The notes under the pieces: model-generated
Told to the model about the DNA's origin: nothing
The model's database searches: none
What the model saw: the letters and a program-made list of their open reading frames with translations, nothing else
From: Chiloscyllium plagiosum
Taxonomy: Eukaryota
NCBI RefSeq assembly: GCF_004010195.1
Contig: NC_057719.1
Coordinates: forward strand, 50,138,302 to 50,202,301
DNA length: 64,000 nucleotides
Reading direction: 5' to 3'
Shown here: positions 1 through 12,099 of the stretch, piece by piece
Numbering within the stretch: the stretch's first letter is position 1
How the letters are laid out: each line of letters begins with the position of its first letter
Program-made: the position numbers and the translations under genes

Positions 1-1050
1 TTATCTATAGCAAGTTCAGACACATTCTCCTGAATCAGCTACTCCCTAGCTGAAGGAATCCTTCCTGAAACATTCCTTTTGACGTTACAGAACAGCCTCT
101 AATATGGATTTTGTCATGCAAGTCTAAGAAAATATTGAGGACAATAAAACAAACTCTTCACTGTATCCATTAACATAACCAAATTATTTGATACTGTAAA
201 TTACAGGCTTTGTAGGTTGTTCTCCAGAGATTTGGATGTTCAAGAAATTTCATCACAATCTTGCAACTGAAGATGGATGCAACTATCTTGAATGGGAGAT
301 CTGAAAGGGGCACTTTTTAAAGATAGACCAGTGTCAGGAAAGACTTTATGACAATCTCAAACGATTTACAGTCTACCTCCTGTAGTTATTCACCTCAAAA
401 ATCAACTGCTCTTTGCTGTATGCACTAAATATTGCCTGGATGGAAATCTCTCTAACTTCAGTTGCCTTTGTGCCAAGATTAGACTGACCACCACTGTAAT
501 ACATGACCTAGAATATTCACTATCTTGCCAAAATGAAGACATCCTGTATATGTTACAGGAAGTCTCTGAAGTATGTTAAGCACTTCCAAAGCTTGACAGT
601 TTCTTCTTTCAAAGGGTCGCAATTGATGAGTCCAACACTGGATCAGCTGTACTAGCTCAATCTTCTACAAACTGTAACAGCCTGTGTTTGATGAAAACCC
701 CTGCCAGTCAACAGTATGCTGACAACTAGTGTGCAAAGCAATTGTCATCACACATTCCCGTACTGCAATATGATTTGGACTATGTATCAGTGACACATAA
801 TAGCACTAGTGCTACCCCACTACCAATGCTGCTGCAGCATTCCACAGAATCAATAGGAAGACAAGGAGGAAAACTATCACTCGTATCCTTCTTGAGGACC
901 ACTCTAAAAACATTCAAGTAAAATTTCTGCAAAAGCAACTCCTCCCGAACAAGTTCTGTTTTCTCAGCTCTCAAATGGTACTGTTGCGATGATGACAAAG
1001 AAACTGCTACAAAGATACTCTGGAACTCTCCTTGAACCACAGCAACATTG
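1..1050 (+). mobile_element. Degenerate RTE-clade LINE fragment (RT and C-terminal region)
   Basis: Frameshifted plus-strand translation gives YCLDGNLSNFSCLCAKIRLTTTVIHDLEY and KAIVI..WTMYQ.HI, resembling the RTE RT motif Y(R)xDGxLFNLxRLxAKTK. Boundaries approximate. Confidence 0.6.
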
Positions 1051-2312
1051 ACATTAATGACTAGAAGGAGATTTCTACCAATTATTCAAAGTAGTGACAA
1101 ATGACCTATCAAGCTGCATCATGCTTTGAGTCTGAAGGAGTTGGATCAATTTCAGTTAGTAAAGGGTTAAATTTTCAATCACGTTATGAAGCAAGTGGAA
1201 ATGACAGATGTGCAAAGGCTAGAAGTGTAGGAGCTGCACCATCGGCAAGATAGCACTGGCCTTGGGTGAAAAGCAGACAATGCATGCATAAATTATGGGA
1301 AAACAGTAGAAACATGGGAAGTGCAATACATTGAAATATGGGCTTGCAATATTTTTAATATAGGTAGGAGGTATCTGTAATCCATCAGAGCCAGTGATAA
1401 GACAGGTTCTCCTCATTTTTGCATGAAAATAAATGATTGCAGATGTAATTCTTAACTCTTCTTATCATTTTGTCGAGTTGCTTGATGTTTCAATGAGGCA
1501 ATGTGCTGGCAGAGAAGGAAAGAAAAGGAAGCAAGTACTGCTTTCTGGATGCCCCTGCCTCCTGGGACATTCCTCCCCATGTGACGAAGGACCTGCAGTT
1601 CAAATATCTGCCTGTTCAGTCACATGAAGACCCATGATATAAACTTGCAACCGAGTCATCATCACCACCAAATCAAGGGACAGCAGATGACAACAAAGGA
1701 ATCTCCAGAATAAAGACATAAATAGATTAAACTGATCTTGATGCATTTTTTTTTGGGGGGGGGGCCTTCTAGCTAAATATACAACAGGAGATCAGTGATA
1801 ATGAAAAAATTCCCACAAGGCTAACTAGCGCTTGCTTCTAAAACATGTACAAATAATAAATCATTCTTTTTTTTGAGTTTCGGCATTTCAGAAGCCATTA
1901 GTTAACATGCCTAGATTGGCTCAGATTACAGGATTTGAGAGATCAGGCAGGAGCTGGAAGGTACAGAAAGGTAAACAACCCATTTTTTTGTTTTCAAAGA
2001 ACAATAAAGAGTTGTCAAGATTGAAGCCTTTGGGGAGCAGTCGGAAGACCTTGCAGCCAATGATATTACTGCTGATGCACAACTCTGTCCTAGGCAGGAA
2101 TTGTATTTTCTCATTTTCAGATACACGTACTTGCCAAAGGGTAGGTTTGCATCATGTAAGTGTGGGCTCAAACTAGACCACTGAAGGTTTGGCACTTTGG
2201 GTTGAAAGGAACAGTAACAGGCCTCAGATGTATGATTCAAAGATAACCTTGAAAAAGAACATAGCAGTCTTTTACAAACATTTTCTTCTTGCATTTATTT
2301 CAGGGTAATCAC

Positions 2313-2424
2313 CTTCTGTATGGCCTTTTAGAACAGCTATGCATTCTCCAGTTTGTACATTCCACATTCTTATTGTGTGGTCCCAGGATGTGCTAGCAAC
2401 AAGATCCTTTTTCATTGTCAAATA
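2313..2424 (-). CDS. F-box/WD40 protein, coding exon 8 (WD repeat); gene continues left
   Basis: AAACAG acceptor, AAG|GTGATT donor, 112 nt. Encodes YLTMKKDLVASTSWDHTIRMWNVQTGECIAVLKGHTE; phase fits exon 7. Confidence 0.9.
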
Positions 2425-3054
2425 CTGTTTAGTAAGCAGATGGTTAATACAGTATATATAAACTATTTTATGTGCCATTTAACCAAATTTTAACATTTAC
2501 AATCATTTCAAAGCATTACAAACATTGCACTGAGTGTTTGATTTTAAATACAGGTACATAGATCATTTAAAATAAACCTAATTGATGTGACTAATCATCA
2601 TTTAGATTGCCACACAAGTAAATAATACATGTTTTGAAATATTTTCCTATTACAAACATTTAACTCACTCAACTGATTGCCAGAATCAATTATAAATCTC
2701 TGGTCTATCCTATTTCAGCACTTTTTGGCTTGTAAACTTGAAAAAAGCGGTAGTATTCAGTCATTCTTATTTAAGTTGGGATGACTAAAATGGAGACACG
2801 TGCATTGTATAAAAGAGCAGAATGTCATGCTTATTAAAGAAGTCAAATGGATTATTGGTGAGCAACAACTGTTATTGTACTTCACTGATGGCTGAACTGC
2901 TAAGTGTAGCTTTGCCTTACAGCTAGAATGTTCATAATTTTGAGATACATGAGGGAGGTTATAGTACTATGATGATGACACTTGACTAATAATGCTCTGG
3001 GGCCATTAGTTCAAATTCCATTGTTACTGGTGGAATTGGGGTGCTGGCAGGCAG

Positions 3055-3145
3055 GACTAGATTGGTTTGGGATATCGGTTGGCATGGACGAGTTGCACCG
3101 AAGGGTCTGTTTCCGTGCTGTACATCTCTATGTCTTTATGACTCT
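3055..3145 (+). repeat. CR1 LINE 3' terminus
   Basis: Matches the CR1 3' tail recurring in the window (GAAGGGTCTGTTTCCGTGCTGTACATCTCTATGACTCT-like). Confidence 0.75.
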
Positions 3146-3699
3146 ATTAAAACTAAACCTTATTCACAATATTTTAAAACTTAAAGGTAACAAAAATGAT
3201 TATTATCTTTAATGCATTTTTACTTATTTAGTGAGTGATATTGTTCAAATAATAAATGCTGAAGACAACTATAAGAATTTCTTATTGAATCAAACCTTGC
3301 AAATATTCATTAAGGAACATTTAAAGAGTGTTCAATTGCATCTAATTTATACAGGATGAACTTTGGGAAAATAAGGTTTTTTAAAACATTGAGATTGTGA
3401 GTGTCACTACATACATAGTTTAACAGTGACTCTTTTTACACTGATTAATGATTGCAATTTTAGTATGTATAGTGTTTCCATACTAAAATGTAATTTGTTC
3501 AATCTTTCAGCATTGCTCATTTGACTGAAATAAACATTGCTCAAATTTCCTACTCTGGTTTTTCAAAATTTGACCATTCAAACAGACATCATTGAGGAGA
3601 GCAGCTCTGCACACATGGGTGCAGTTAAACCACCACTGATGTTTAAATGTCACAAGATTCTTTGTCCTCTTTAGTTCATTTCACTCATTGCCCTCATAG

Positions 3700-3890
3700 A
3701 TGCAGTTCACAGAAGATTTGCTAGGTTGATCCTGGGAAAAGAGGGATTTTCTTACGAGGAGAGGTTGAGTAACTCAGGCTACTCAACCTATACATTGGAG
3801 TATAGAAGTATAGAGTATAGAAGAGATGGCCTATTGAAACACGTAAAATTCTTAGGGGGCTTGACAGGGTAGATGCTGAAAAGGAGAGCC
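3700..3890 (+). repeat. CR1 ORF2 C-terminal fragment
   Basis: Similar to the C-terminal region of other CR1 copies here (RRFARLI..; LIETxKILRGLDRVD). Confidence 0.65.
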
Positions 3891-4181
3891 CATGTCTTAT
3901 GGTCTAAAACAAGTAGGGAACAAATTTAAATTATAATAAGCTAACCTTGCAGAACATGATGTGATGAATTCCTGTCTCTGTTTGTGAAACGTATTATTCC
4001 ACAGTTAAAATTATAGATCAATGTATAAGCTAGACTAATTATTATGGTCATGGAGTTCTAATCTTAATGATTTAGGACATACATTTTAAGGCTTTTAAAC
4101 TCCATTGATAATAAGTCTCCCTAACTCCTCCAAACCCCAGAGATGTATGGGCTGAACAGAAAGATTTAAAAATGACAAGTT

Positions 4182-7100
4182 GGGGATCTAAGATGGCGGC
4201 GGTCTAAAAACATCGTGTTGCAGAGTTCCGGGACAAAGTCCTAACCTATCACAAGCGGGATGACGTCGTAACCCACCCAACCCGGATTACCACGATACCG
4301 TGGGACTCTGGAAAGATCATAGAACAATTTAACTTGGTTTTTGACATCCAGGGACACTGAAGAAGGGAGTAGGTACGTCTGAGGCCGGTCCCGCGGCCCA
4401 GCCTGCAGGATCCTTGGACTTGATTTCCTACCAGGTCCTAGTAAAGGAACCCACAAAATCTAGTGAAATGTTGGGTAAGTAGATAGAGGAGAAGCTGATC
4501 CTGATCTCTAGCATGCTGCAGAAGCATGAACAGCCACTGGGAGACCTCGAGAAAAGAACAGATGAGATAGAACGCAGAGTCACAGTGGTAGAAGCTGATA
4601 CAAATTCCTCCAAGGATAGGATCCATGTCCAAAATTTGCTTTACCAGGTTGATGACCTCAAGAACAGGGTCAAGAGAAAAAAATATTTGTTGGTCTGCCG
4701 GAGGATAAGGAAGGTGAGCACCAGTGGAATGTATTCAGGACTGGTTGTCGAAATTGCTTAACTTAGAGGCTGAAATGGAAAGCTTGAAGATTGAGAGAGC
4801 TCACCTGGCGACGGTGTGGAGGTCAAGTCTGGACCAACGTCCTCGTCCTATCTTGGTGCGGTTTCATTACTACAGAGAAAAATATAGCATCATGGAAGCT
4901 TTCAGAATCCAGAGAAGGATCTGAAGGCCCTAGTTTTCGAGGGCTGTAAGATCATGTTCTTCCAGGACTTCTCAGCGGCGGTGATCCGGAAAAGAAAATC
5001 TTTAGATAGCATCAAGAAAAGACTGAGGGAGCTCGGGATCCAGTTCTTCAAAGGGATCCAGCACTGTTTTGGATCACCTTAAATGGATCGATACATCTCT
5101 TTGACATGTTGGAGAAGGCGAGAGACTTTGTGGACAAATGAACTTAATCTGAACAATTTAGTTTGTACAAATAGTATGGGTATTTCTCTACTTTTCTTGA
5201 AAAACAAAGAGGAAATCCAGTCGGAGTCTTTTTTTTCATATTTTCTATTGGTAATAATCTGGTCTAAAGTATGCTCGGAGGTGGCTGGGATGTTTACTTT
5301 CAATTACTAAGTTAAGTTATATCAAAGGATGTCTGGGGTACTTACTTTACTTTCAAAATTTCTTTGCTCACATTGTTATTCCATGATGTATTTTCTTTCT
5401 TTGCTGCTTGTGCTTGTTGTGCAGCTCTAACTAGGAGGAGAGAAAATGGTTGGGATGGCTAGATGCCTACTTACGGACAGTTTCTGGTTCAGGTATTTAA
5501 ATGCCCTGGCTGCTATATTGACAGCAGGATGGTAAGTTTGGTTTTGGGATGTGTAGATGCCCCCTTTGGGCAAGGGGTGAGTCCCCCTATTCAGTGCCAT
5601 TGGCACTTTATATGCTTTTTTTTGTTTTTTGTCATATATAGTCTTTGATAACTTTGTAGGTTCATTAACTGTAGGAGTTTTAGTTTATGTACGATGGATC
5701 TTGCGACCCTAAGGCTCAACAATTTGTAGTTTAAGCTCCTCCTCGCTGGAATCTAAATGTTACTGCAGAAGGTTATGGCTAATGACTTGATTAAATGGTG
5801 TACCTGGAACATCAAGGGGAGTCACTCACCAATTAAGAGGAAAAAGGTACTTTCGAGTCTTAGAAAGGACAAGGTGGATATTGCTTTATTACAGGAGCCA
5901 CACTTGAAACTACAACAGAATGGCTTTGATCGGGTTTACTTTTCATCTTTTAATACCAAAAGTAGGGGATTGGCTATATTGGTTAGGAGGAATCTCCTAT
6001 TTAAGTTACTACAATGTGTTAAAGACACACATGGGAGGTTTGCAATCTTCAAAGCCTTGAGAAACAAGGAAGAATATGGTGTTTTAAATGTTTATTGCCC
6101 TCCGGCCCATCCCCTCAGGTTTCTTGTAGATGCATTCTCTAAATTGATCAGTCTTGAGTCTCAGCATATCATCATTGGGGGAGATTTTAATTTCTTACGG
6201 ATCTCACAGACAACTGGATATCCTCTGTACAAATCAAACAATTAGTGGATTTGTGTGTGGAGTTAGGGTTGGTGGCCGACTGGAAGTGTCTCCACCCTAC
6301 AGGCAGGGATTTTACATTTTTTTTTCCAATCTACACAGATTCATACCAGGATTTGTTTCTTTTCTGAACCCCGTGGCAACTCTGGACTTGGTGTCATCTT
6401 TTACGATTGGTAATATTACCATCTTAGATCACAGTCCAGTGTGCAGCAGTTGGTTAAGATTAAGGACGCTATAGTGGGCCTGAGGCACGGGTGAATGGAT
6501 CCCTTTATTCTTAAGGATAAGTTTGTGGAGTACTTCTAAGGAATTTTGGGCATTCCTAGACATTAATTCAGGCTCGACTAGTAGCCCTTTCATCCTTTGG
6601 GAAACTGCCAAAGCCTATGCCGGGGGTTAGTTACTTCCTACTCTGCCAGTAGGAAGCAGAAGGGCAAGCAGCAATGTCTCTTTGAAGCATGGCTGAAGAC
6701 AGCCGAGAAGGTTTACTTTGACAGGCCCTCGTTGGCCAAGCTACAGAGGATTACAGCGCTGGATTGAATTCCGTGCTCACACAGACAGTAAAGAAGGAGC
6801 TTACTTTCAGAAAACAAAGGTTGTATGAGCATGGTAACAAACTGGGCAAGTATCTAGCGTCGTATCTCGCCAGGAAAAAAAGACTACCCCTCAAGCCGTT
6901 ATGTTGATTTGGGAAGGTGACGGGAACTTAACGTGACTCTAAAAAGATAAATGTAGCATTTCAGAGATGAATTATACAAATCTGAGGGTTGTGAGGAGGG
7001 GTAAGCCAAGATGGAATCCTTTTTCAAGGATCTGGAGCTTCCGGGTGTGACTCCCGAACAAGAGTCTTTTCTCGATGCCCCCTTATCAGAGCAAGAAGTG

Positions 7101-9758
7101 CAGGAGGCTGTGAAGCAGCTTCAGAGAGGAAAGGGGCCCGGCCCTGACGGACTTACTAGCGAATTTGATAAGGAGTTTATAAGCATATTGTCATGCCCGA
7201 TGCTCAACATGGTCAATGACTCATACAGTCATGATCGTCTCTTGCCATCTCTAAGAGAGGCCAATTTATTCTTAACAAAAGGAAGGCCCCGGAGGACTGC
7301 TTCTTACAGGGCCATTTCACTCCCAAAATCTTGACTTTAAAATCTTGTCTCAGACTCTTGCATTAAGGCTGGAAACTGTGTTACTTTTTATTGTTAAGAA
7401 GAACCAGACAGGCTTCATAAAGAGCTGCAGATCCTCCAATAATGTTCGGAGGCTGCTTAATGTAATTCAAGCATGTCAACAGCAGTTAATGTAGGGATTG
7501 GTAATTTCTCTAGATGCGGAGAAGGCATTTGTTTGAGTTGAGTGGCCGTATCTTTTTTATACTCCAGAGCGGTTCGGCTTGGGCAAAGCCTTTATAAGAT
7601 GGGTCATCACCAATGGGATACGATCAAGCAATTTTAGCATTGTTAGGGCAGCCTACAGGGCTGTCCCCTTTCACCATTGCTTTTTACATTGGTGATTCAA
7701 CTGTTGACGGAGGCCACTCGTAGGTATCCTAATATGTCGGCTCCAGAAATGGGGTCAAAATTTCATAACATTTTGTTGTAGGCAGACGATATTCTCATTT
7801 TTTTTTGTCAAATCCAGCAGTTTCGGAGCCTCACCTGATAGAATGCACCAGCTCATTTGGCACCTTTACAGGCTACAAGATTAATTTTGCAAAATCAGAG
7901 GTTATGCCTATGGGTGGTGTTACGAAGGTGCTAGGTCTTGAGGGCGAATCTCGATTCCCATTTAAGTGGTCACAGGGGGGTTTTACGTACTTGGGCATAT
8001 TCGTCACTCCAGTTCTTGATTGGTTGTTTAAAGCAAATTTTGTTCAATTAAATGATGAAATCAAACAAGACTTTCAAAGATGGGAGGTGCTTACGGTCTC
8101 ATGGTTAGGTCAGATAGCTCTTATTAAGATGAATATTCTCCCTCATTTGTTGTACCCTATACGAATGCTCACCCTGATTTTCGACAAGCTAACACTCAGG
8201 AGGCTGAACGGCTGGTTCAGCTCTTTTATTTGGCATCGTAAGCGGCGCATTATTAAATTAGCTAAATTGCAATTGCTTCATAGGCTGGAGGGAGTGGATC
8301 GCCCGAACATTAAAAACGATCAACTGAGCTCGCTTTTATCTTACGTGAGTGATTGGGCTTGTGGGAACCGTTTTTCAATATGGTTAGATATTGAAAGCTC
8401 GCAGGCAAAGTGCCCCCTTATAAGCTTGCTGCTTTTGGACAAAATGAGGACAGTTAAGGAATATTGCTGTAGCCCAACAGTTATTAATTGAGCAGAGGGA
8501 AGGCAATATTGGCAAAACATCTTTCCTTACACTTATAGTGGGATGACGGGTTTTCAACAGGAGATTCAGGGTTCAAACATTGGGCAGCTAGGGGTGTGTC
8601 TTTCATGGGTGATTTATTTGAGGAAGACACAATGATGTCTTTTGATCAGTTAGTGTGGGAGTACGAGCTATCTAGCAGGAACCTCTTTCATTTTTTTCAA
8701 GTTAGGAATTTGATTTAAAAAAAAGAACACTTTTGACTGAGCACTACAAATCTGACATGGAGAAGAGGATGCTCAGTGCTAAGAGTACACTTTCTATCAG
8801 CACTCTATATCATCAGCTGGTGGGGGGGTGGGGCCTCAGATGAATTCAATCAGTTTTGCAGGCTGTGAGAGAGACAGCTAGGTGTTGATGTCTCCTCAGA
8901 GGCATGGGAAGGTATTTGGGAAAACGCAAGTAAGATATCAATTTGCAATAGGACCCATGCTTTACAGTTGAAGATTCTCCACAGGGTCTACTTGGCTCTA
9001 GATCGTTTATCAAAAGTTAAACAAGGGGCATCTTCAACATGCCCCAAGTGTAAAGTTAGTATGGGTTCTCTTACCCATTGTCTCTGGTCCTGTGGCAGGC
9101 TTAAAACATACTGGAGCACTGTGGCAGGTACAATGGAGGGGATTTTGGGTGTGAGGTGGAGAAGGACCCGATCTCATTTCTTTTTGGCCTGCCCAGTGTA
9201 TTCACTGTAGATACGCATAAGAAAAACCTTTTCAACATCCTCCCTTTCTGCGCAATATCTTGTTAAGTTGGGTGTCCGAAAATCTTTCGGGCATGTCGGA
9301 TGAGCATAAGATTGTTATGGAGCATATTGCCTTGGATTTTCTTAAAGTATGGTACACCACAAAACTGAGAATTTCGAAGATATGGTGGCCCTTTTTGGAC
9401 AACCTGGACACAAATTTGTCTGCCACACTAATAAGGGCTTTTATATAGTCGTAATGATTGTGCTTCACAAGTCCAATATCCAGAGAGGGCGTACTGCGAA
9501 TGTATGAATATCTGAAAATTAATACTCTAGATATTTGAGAGTTAGTGTGTTGTTTTGCTGAGCTGTATTACTATTATTTATTAGTTTGTCATTAATTATT
9601 ATTTATTTTGTTAAGTAGTTAGTTGAGTATTTTTATATTTGTACATGATGGCAGTTTGGGCTTTTAAAATTTTTTTGTGCTCTTTCTTTGTATTGTTTTG
9701 AAGTATATTGTTTTGTTGTAATATTAAAAAATCTATTTCTCAATAAAAATATATTTTA
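4182..9758 (+). mobile_element. Full-length, decayed L1-clade LINE (ORF1 plus EN/RT ORF2), antisense in intron 7 of the F-box gene
   Basis: ORF1 remnants: coiled coil, KIERAH..PRPILVRF. Endonuclease: TWNIKGSHSPIKRKKVL, IALLQE, IIGGDFN. RT: KGPGPDGL, SLDAEKAF, QGCPLSPL, .ADD. C-terminal CPKC..H..WSC. AATAAA at 9742. TSD AAAAATGACAA(G/C)TT at 4168-4181 and 9759-9772. Confidence 0.92.
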
Positions 9759-9939
9759 AAAAATGACAACTTGACACAATAGATGGACTTTTTTGATTTA
9801 TAAAAGGGATCTTCATGGTTACACACACTCTTTAGAGAATATTTAACTGAAAATCTGCCAATGTGTCCTTCTATATTTATTTTCTAACTCTGTGCTGCCA
9901 GTGGAGTACTTCGTCTCCTGAGATGCTCAATGAAAACTC

Positions 9940-10050
9940 ATGATGTGGAGGTGCCTGTGTTGGACTGGGTGGATGAAGGAGTAGTTTTCCGAATGCTTGT
10001 GATTTCAAATAAACCGGTTGGACTATACCTGGCGTTGTGTGATTTCTGAC
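9940..10050. repeat. Short Penelope-terminus-derived repeat
   Basis: Shares GGTGTTGGACTGGG and AAACCxGTTGGACTATAxCTGGxGTTGTGTGATTT with copies at about 36310, 40260, 42078 and 50775. Confidence 0.65.
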
Positions 10051-10228
10051 AATGAAAATTCAGACATATGCAGTGGGTACCCAAAGCTAGAAATGTAACC
10101 TAATTTGCCTCACTAATAATACGATATTTGAAAGAAAAAGTGATATACAGACGCTACGATCTTTTTTATTAAATCAGTACTGAATTTGAAAGTTGAAAGT
10201 AAAGATGATACATATATAACAACACTAC

Positions 10229-10301
10229 CTGAATCTCATCTTCATGACCTCGTAGAACTTTCCTACAGCGGCCATCCTGAATTAACCAAACTCGAAGAGT
10301 T
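10229..10301 (-). CDS. F-box/WD40 protein, coding exon 7
   Basis: AATCAG acceptor, CAG|GTAGTG donor, 73 nt. Encodes (R)TLRVWLIQDGRCRKVLRGHEDEIQ. Confidence 0.9.
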
Positions 10302-10857
10302 CTGATTCACAAGAGCAAATTACATAAACTAGCAGTGATTTACAGGAAAGTCATATCTTCACATAAAACTATGAATATCAGGTAAAAATATCTATTGGCT
10401 AAATTCAGGCATGCTAAACTGCCTTTTAATTCAAATGGATTTTTTTTCTTAATCAAAATACTTATGCATAAATTTCAGTTGTTCATTTGTTTTCAAATGT
10501 TTGCTTAATGATCAGTAAGGTGCCAATGATTCATTACCCCAGTAGCCTAGCAAGCAAAAGCAGTGATTAGCCAGCAGGTTGGCTCTCTGATATGCACTAA
10601 ATTGGGGAGTGGGGTACAGTGTCACATTGGCTTCAATGCCTTGAAGTGAGAATGTGAGAATCGGCTGGAATTCCTGCACCTGGAAGCTGCGCAACAATGC
10701 TGTTAGGAATGTCTGCATGGATATAATTTACATCTATGTGTTGAAAAGATCAAGATCAGCTGTGATCTTTCCTTCAGTTGGAAAATTATATGGTTTGGCA
10801 TACCTTTTGTAGCCAACCAGTGGCCAATTACGTCCATCATCCTATGTCTGCTTACTT

Positions 10858-10990
10858 ACTTACAGTGTGGAAACAGGCCCTTCAGCCCAACGTCCACACC
10901 GACCCGCCGAAGCGCAACCCACCCAGACCCATTCTCCTACACTCACCCCTTCACCTAACACTACAGGCAATTTGGCATGGCCAATTCACC
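10858..10990 (-). repeat. HE1-type SINE 3' fragment
   Basis: Reverse complement of the 3' half of the SINE at 62565-62820. Confidence 0.75.
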
Positions 10991-11635
10991 GGTGAGAGGC
11001 CCATGTCAGGTTGGCAGCCTGGCAGCTTTTACTGAGTGAGCTGGCATGGGGCAACAGAACTAGGGACCTCCATTAGGATCCACTGTGCTCAGTGAATGCA
11101 TCCACAATAAGATCATTCAACCATACTCCCTTCCCACAACCCCTCAAACCTGCCATTCTGACCCTCTCATTGCCAGCTACGCCCTACCAATACCTTGGAC
11201 TTACCAGATGCTGGCCTCCACTCATTCCTCTTCCTCGGTAACTGTTTGAACTCTCAGGAGTAGCCACTAAGTGAACCTGGTGCTGAGGGAATTACAGAGT
11301 GGTTGGCCAATCAGAATGGCTGAGACCTCTATAAGGCTGGACTTACTCCAGAGTGAGGCTCAGAAGATCCACCTCCAGTCAATTAAGGCTCCGTGGAGCA
11401 TTGAGTAACGATGGGGGAACCAACATCAACCAGGATGTATCCTCTATTAACCCTTCAGGTGGCAAGGAAAAAAATCCCGCCACCTGAAAAACCCTCCCAT
11501 AAAAGATTACATTTTTATCTCAAAAGCAATTATTAACAGATCTTTTAATAATACTGCATTCTTGTCTTATAAATATTCAATTATTGAACTACCACTTCAA
11601 AAATGAATGTACTACCTGTAGAATTTGAGTTTTAC

Positions 11636-11787
11636 CTATCCGAGCTGGCACTGACCACCTGTATTCCATCAAAACAGAGATGATCAATTCCTGAATTATG
11701 ACCCATCAGTGCTCGTAGACAACTACCAGTTTCTGTCTGGAAAATTCGAATCAAGCTGTCGGCACAACCGGTTACAATGACTTCATC
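11636..11787 (-). CDS. F-box/WD40 protein, coding exon 6
   Basis: TTTCAG acceptor, TAG|GTAAAA donor, 152 nt. Encodes DEVIVTGCADSLIRIFQTETGSCLRALMGHNSGIDHLCFDGIQVVSASSD(R). Confidence 0.92.
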
Positions 11788-12099
11788 CTGAAAATCAGAA
11801 AAATCCATTTTAGCTTTTACATTGTTAATAAATGCAGCATTAAAACTGTTGTATCATATAGTTTTTTAAAGCTTTTTGAAGATGTAATATTTAGTAAGTT
11901 TTGACACTTACACCCAATATTAAGTTTTTGCCAGGGATGGGTAGCTGTGTCTGTTTGTATGTCAGAAGCTGTCTGTGGTGGAAAATCAACTGAAATTCTA
12001 ATTTTCATGGGGGGTTGGCCCTAAAATGATAGGGAGATGGCTTTCCAGGGCAATTAAAGCTGATGAGAGGGAGAATGGATGCACATAAGCTGATGCAGT

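Noticed and set aside
10660..11500. Possible non-autonomous MITE in intron 6
   Set aside because: Candidate terminal inverted repeats are too degenerate to support a call.
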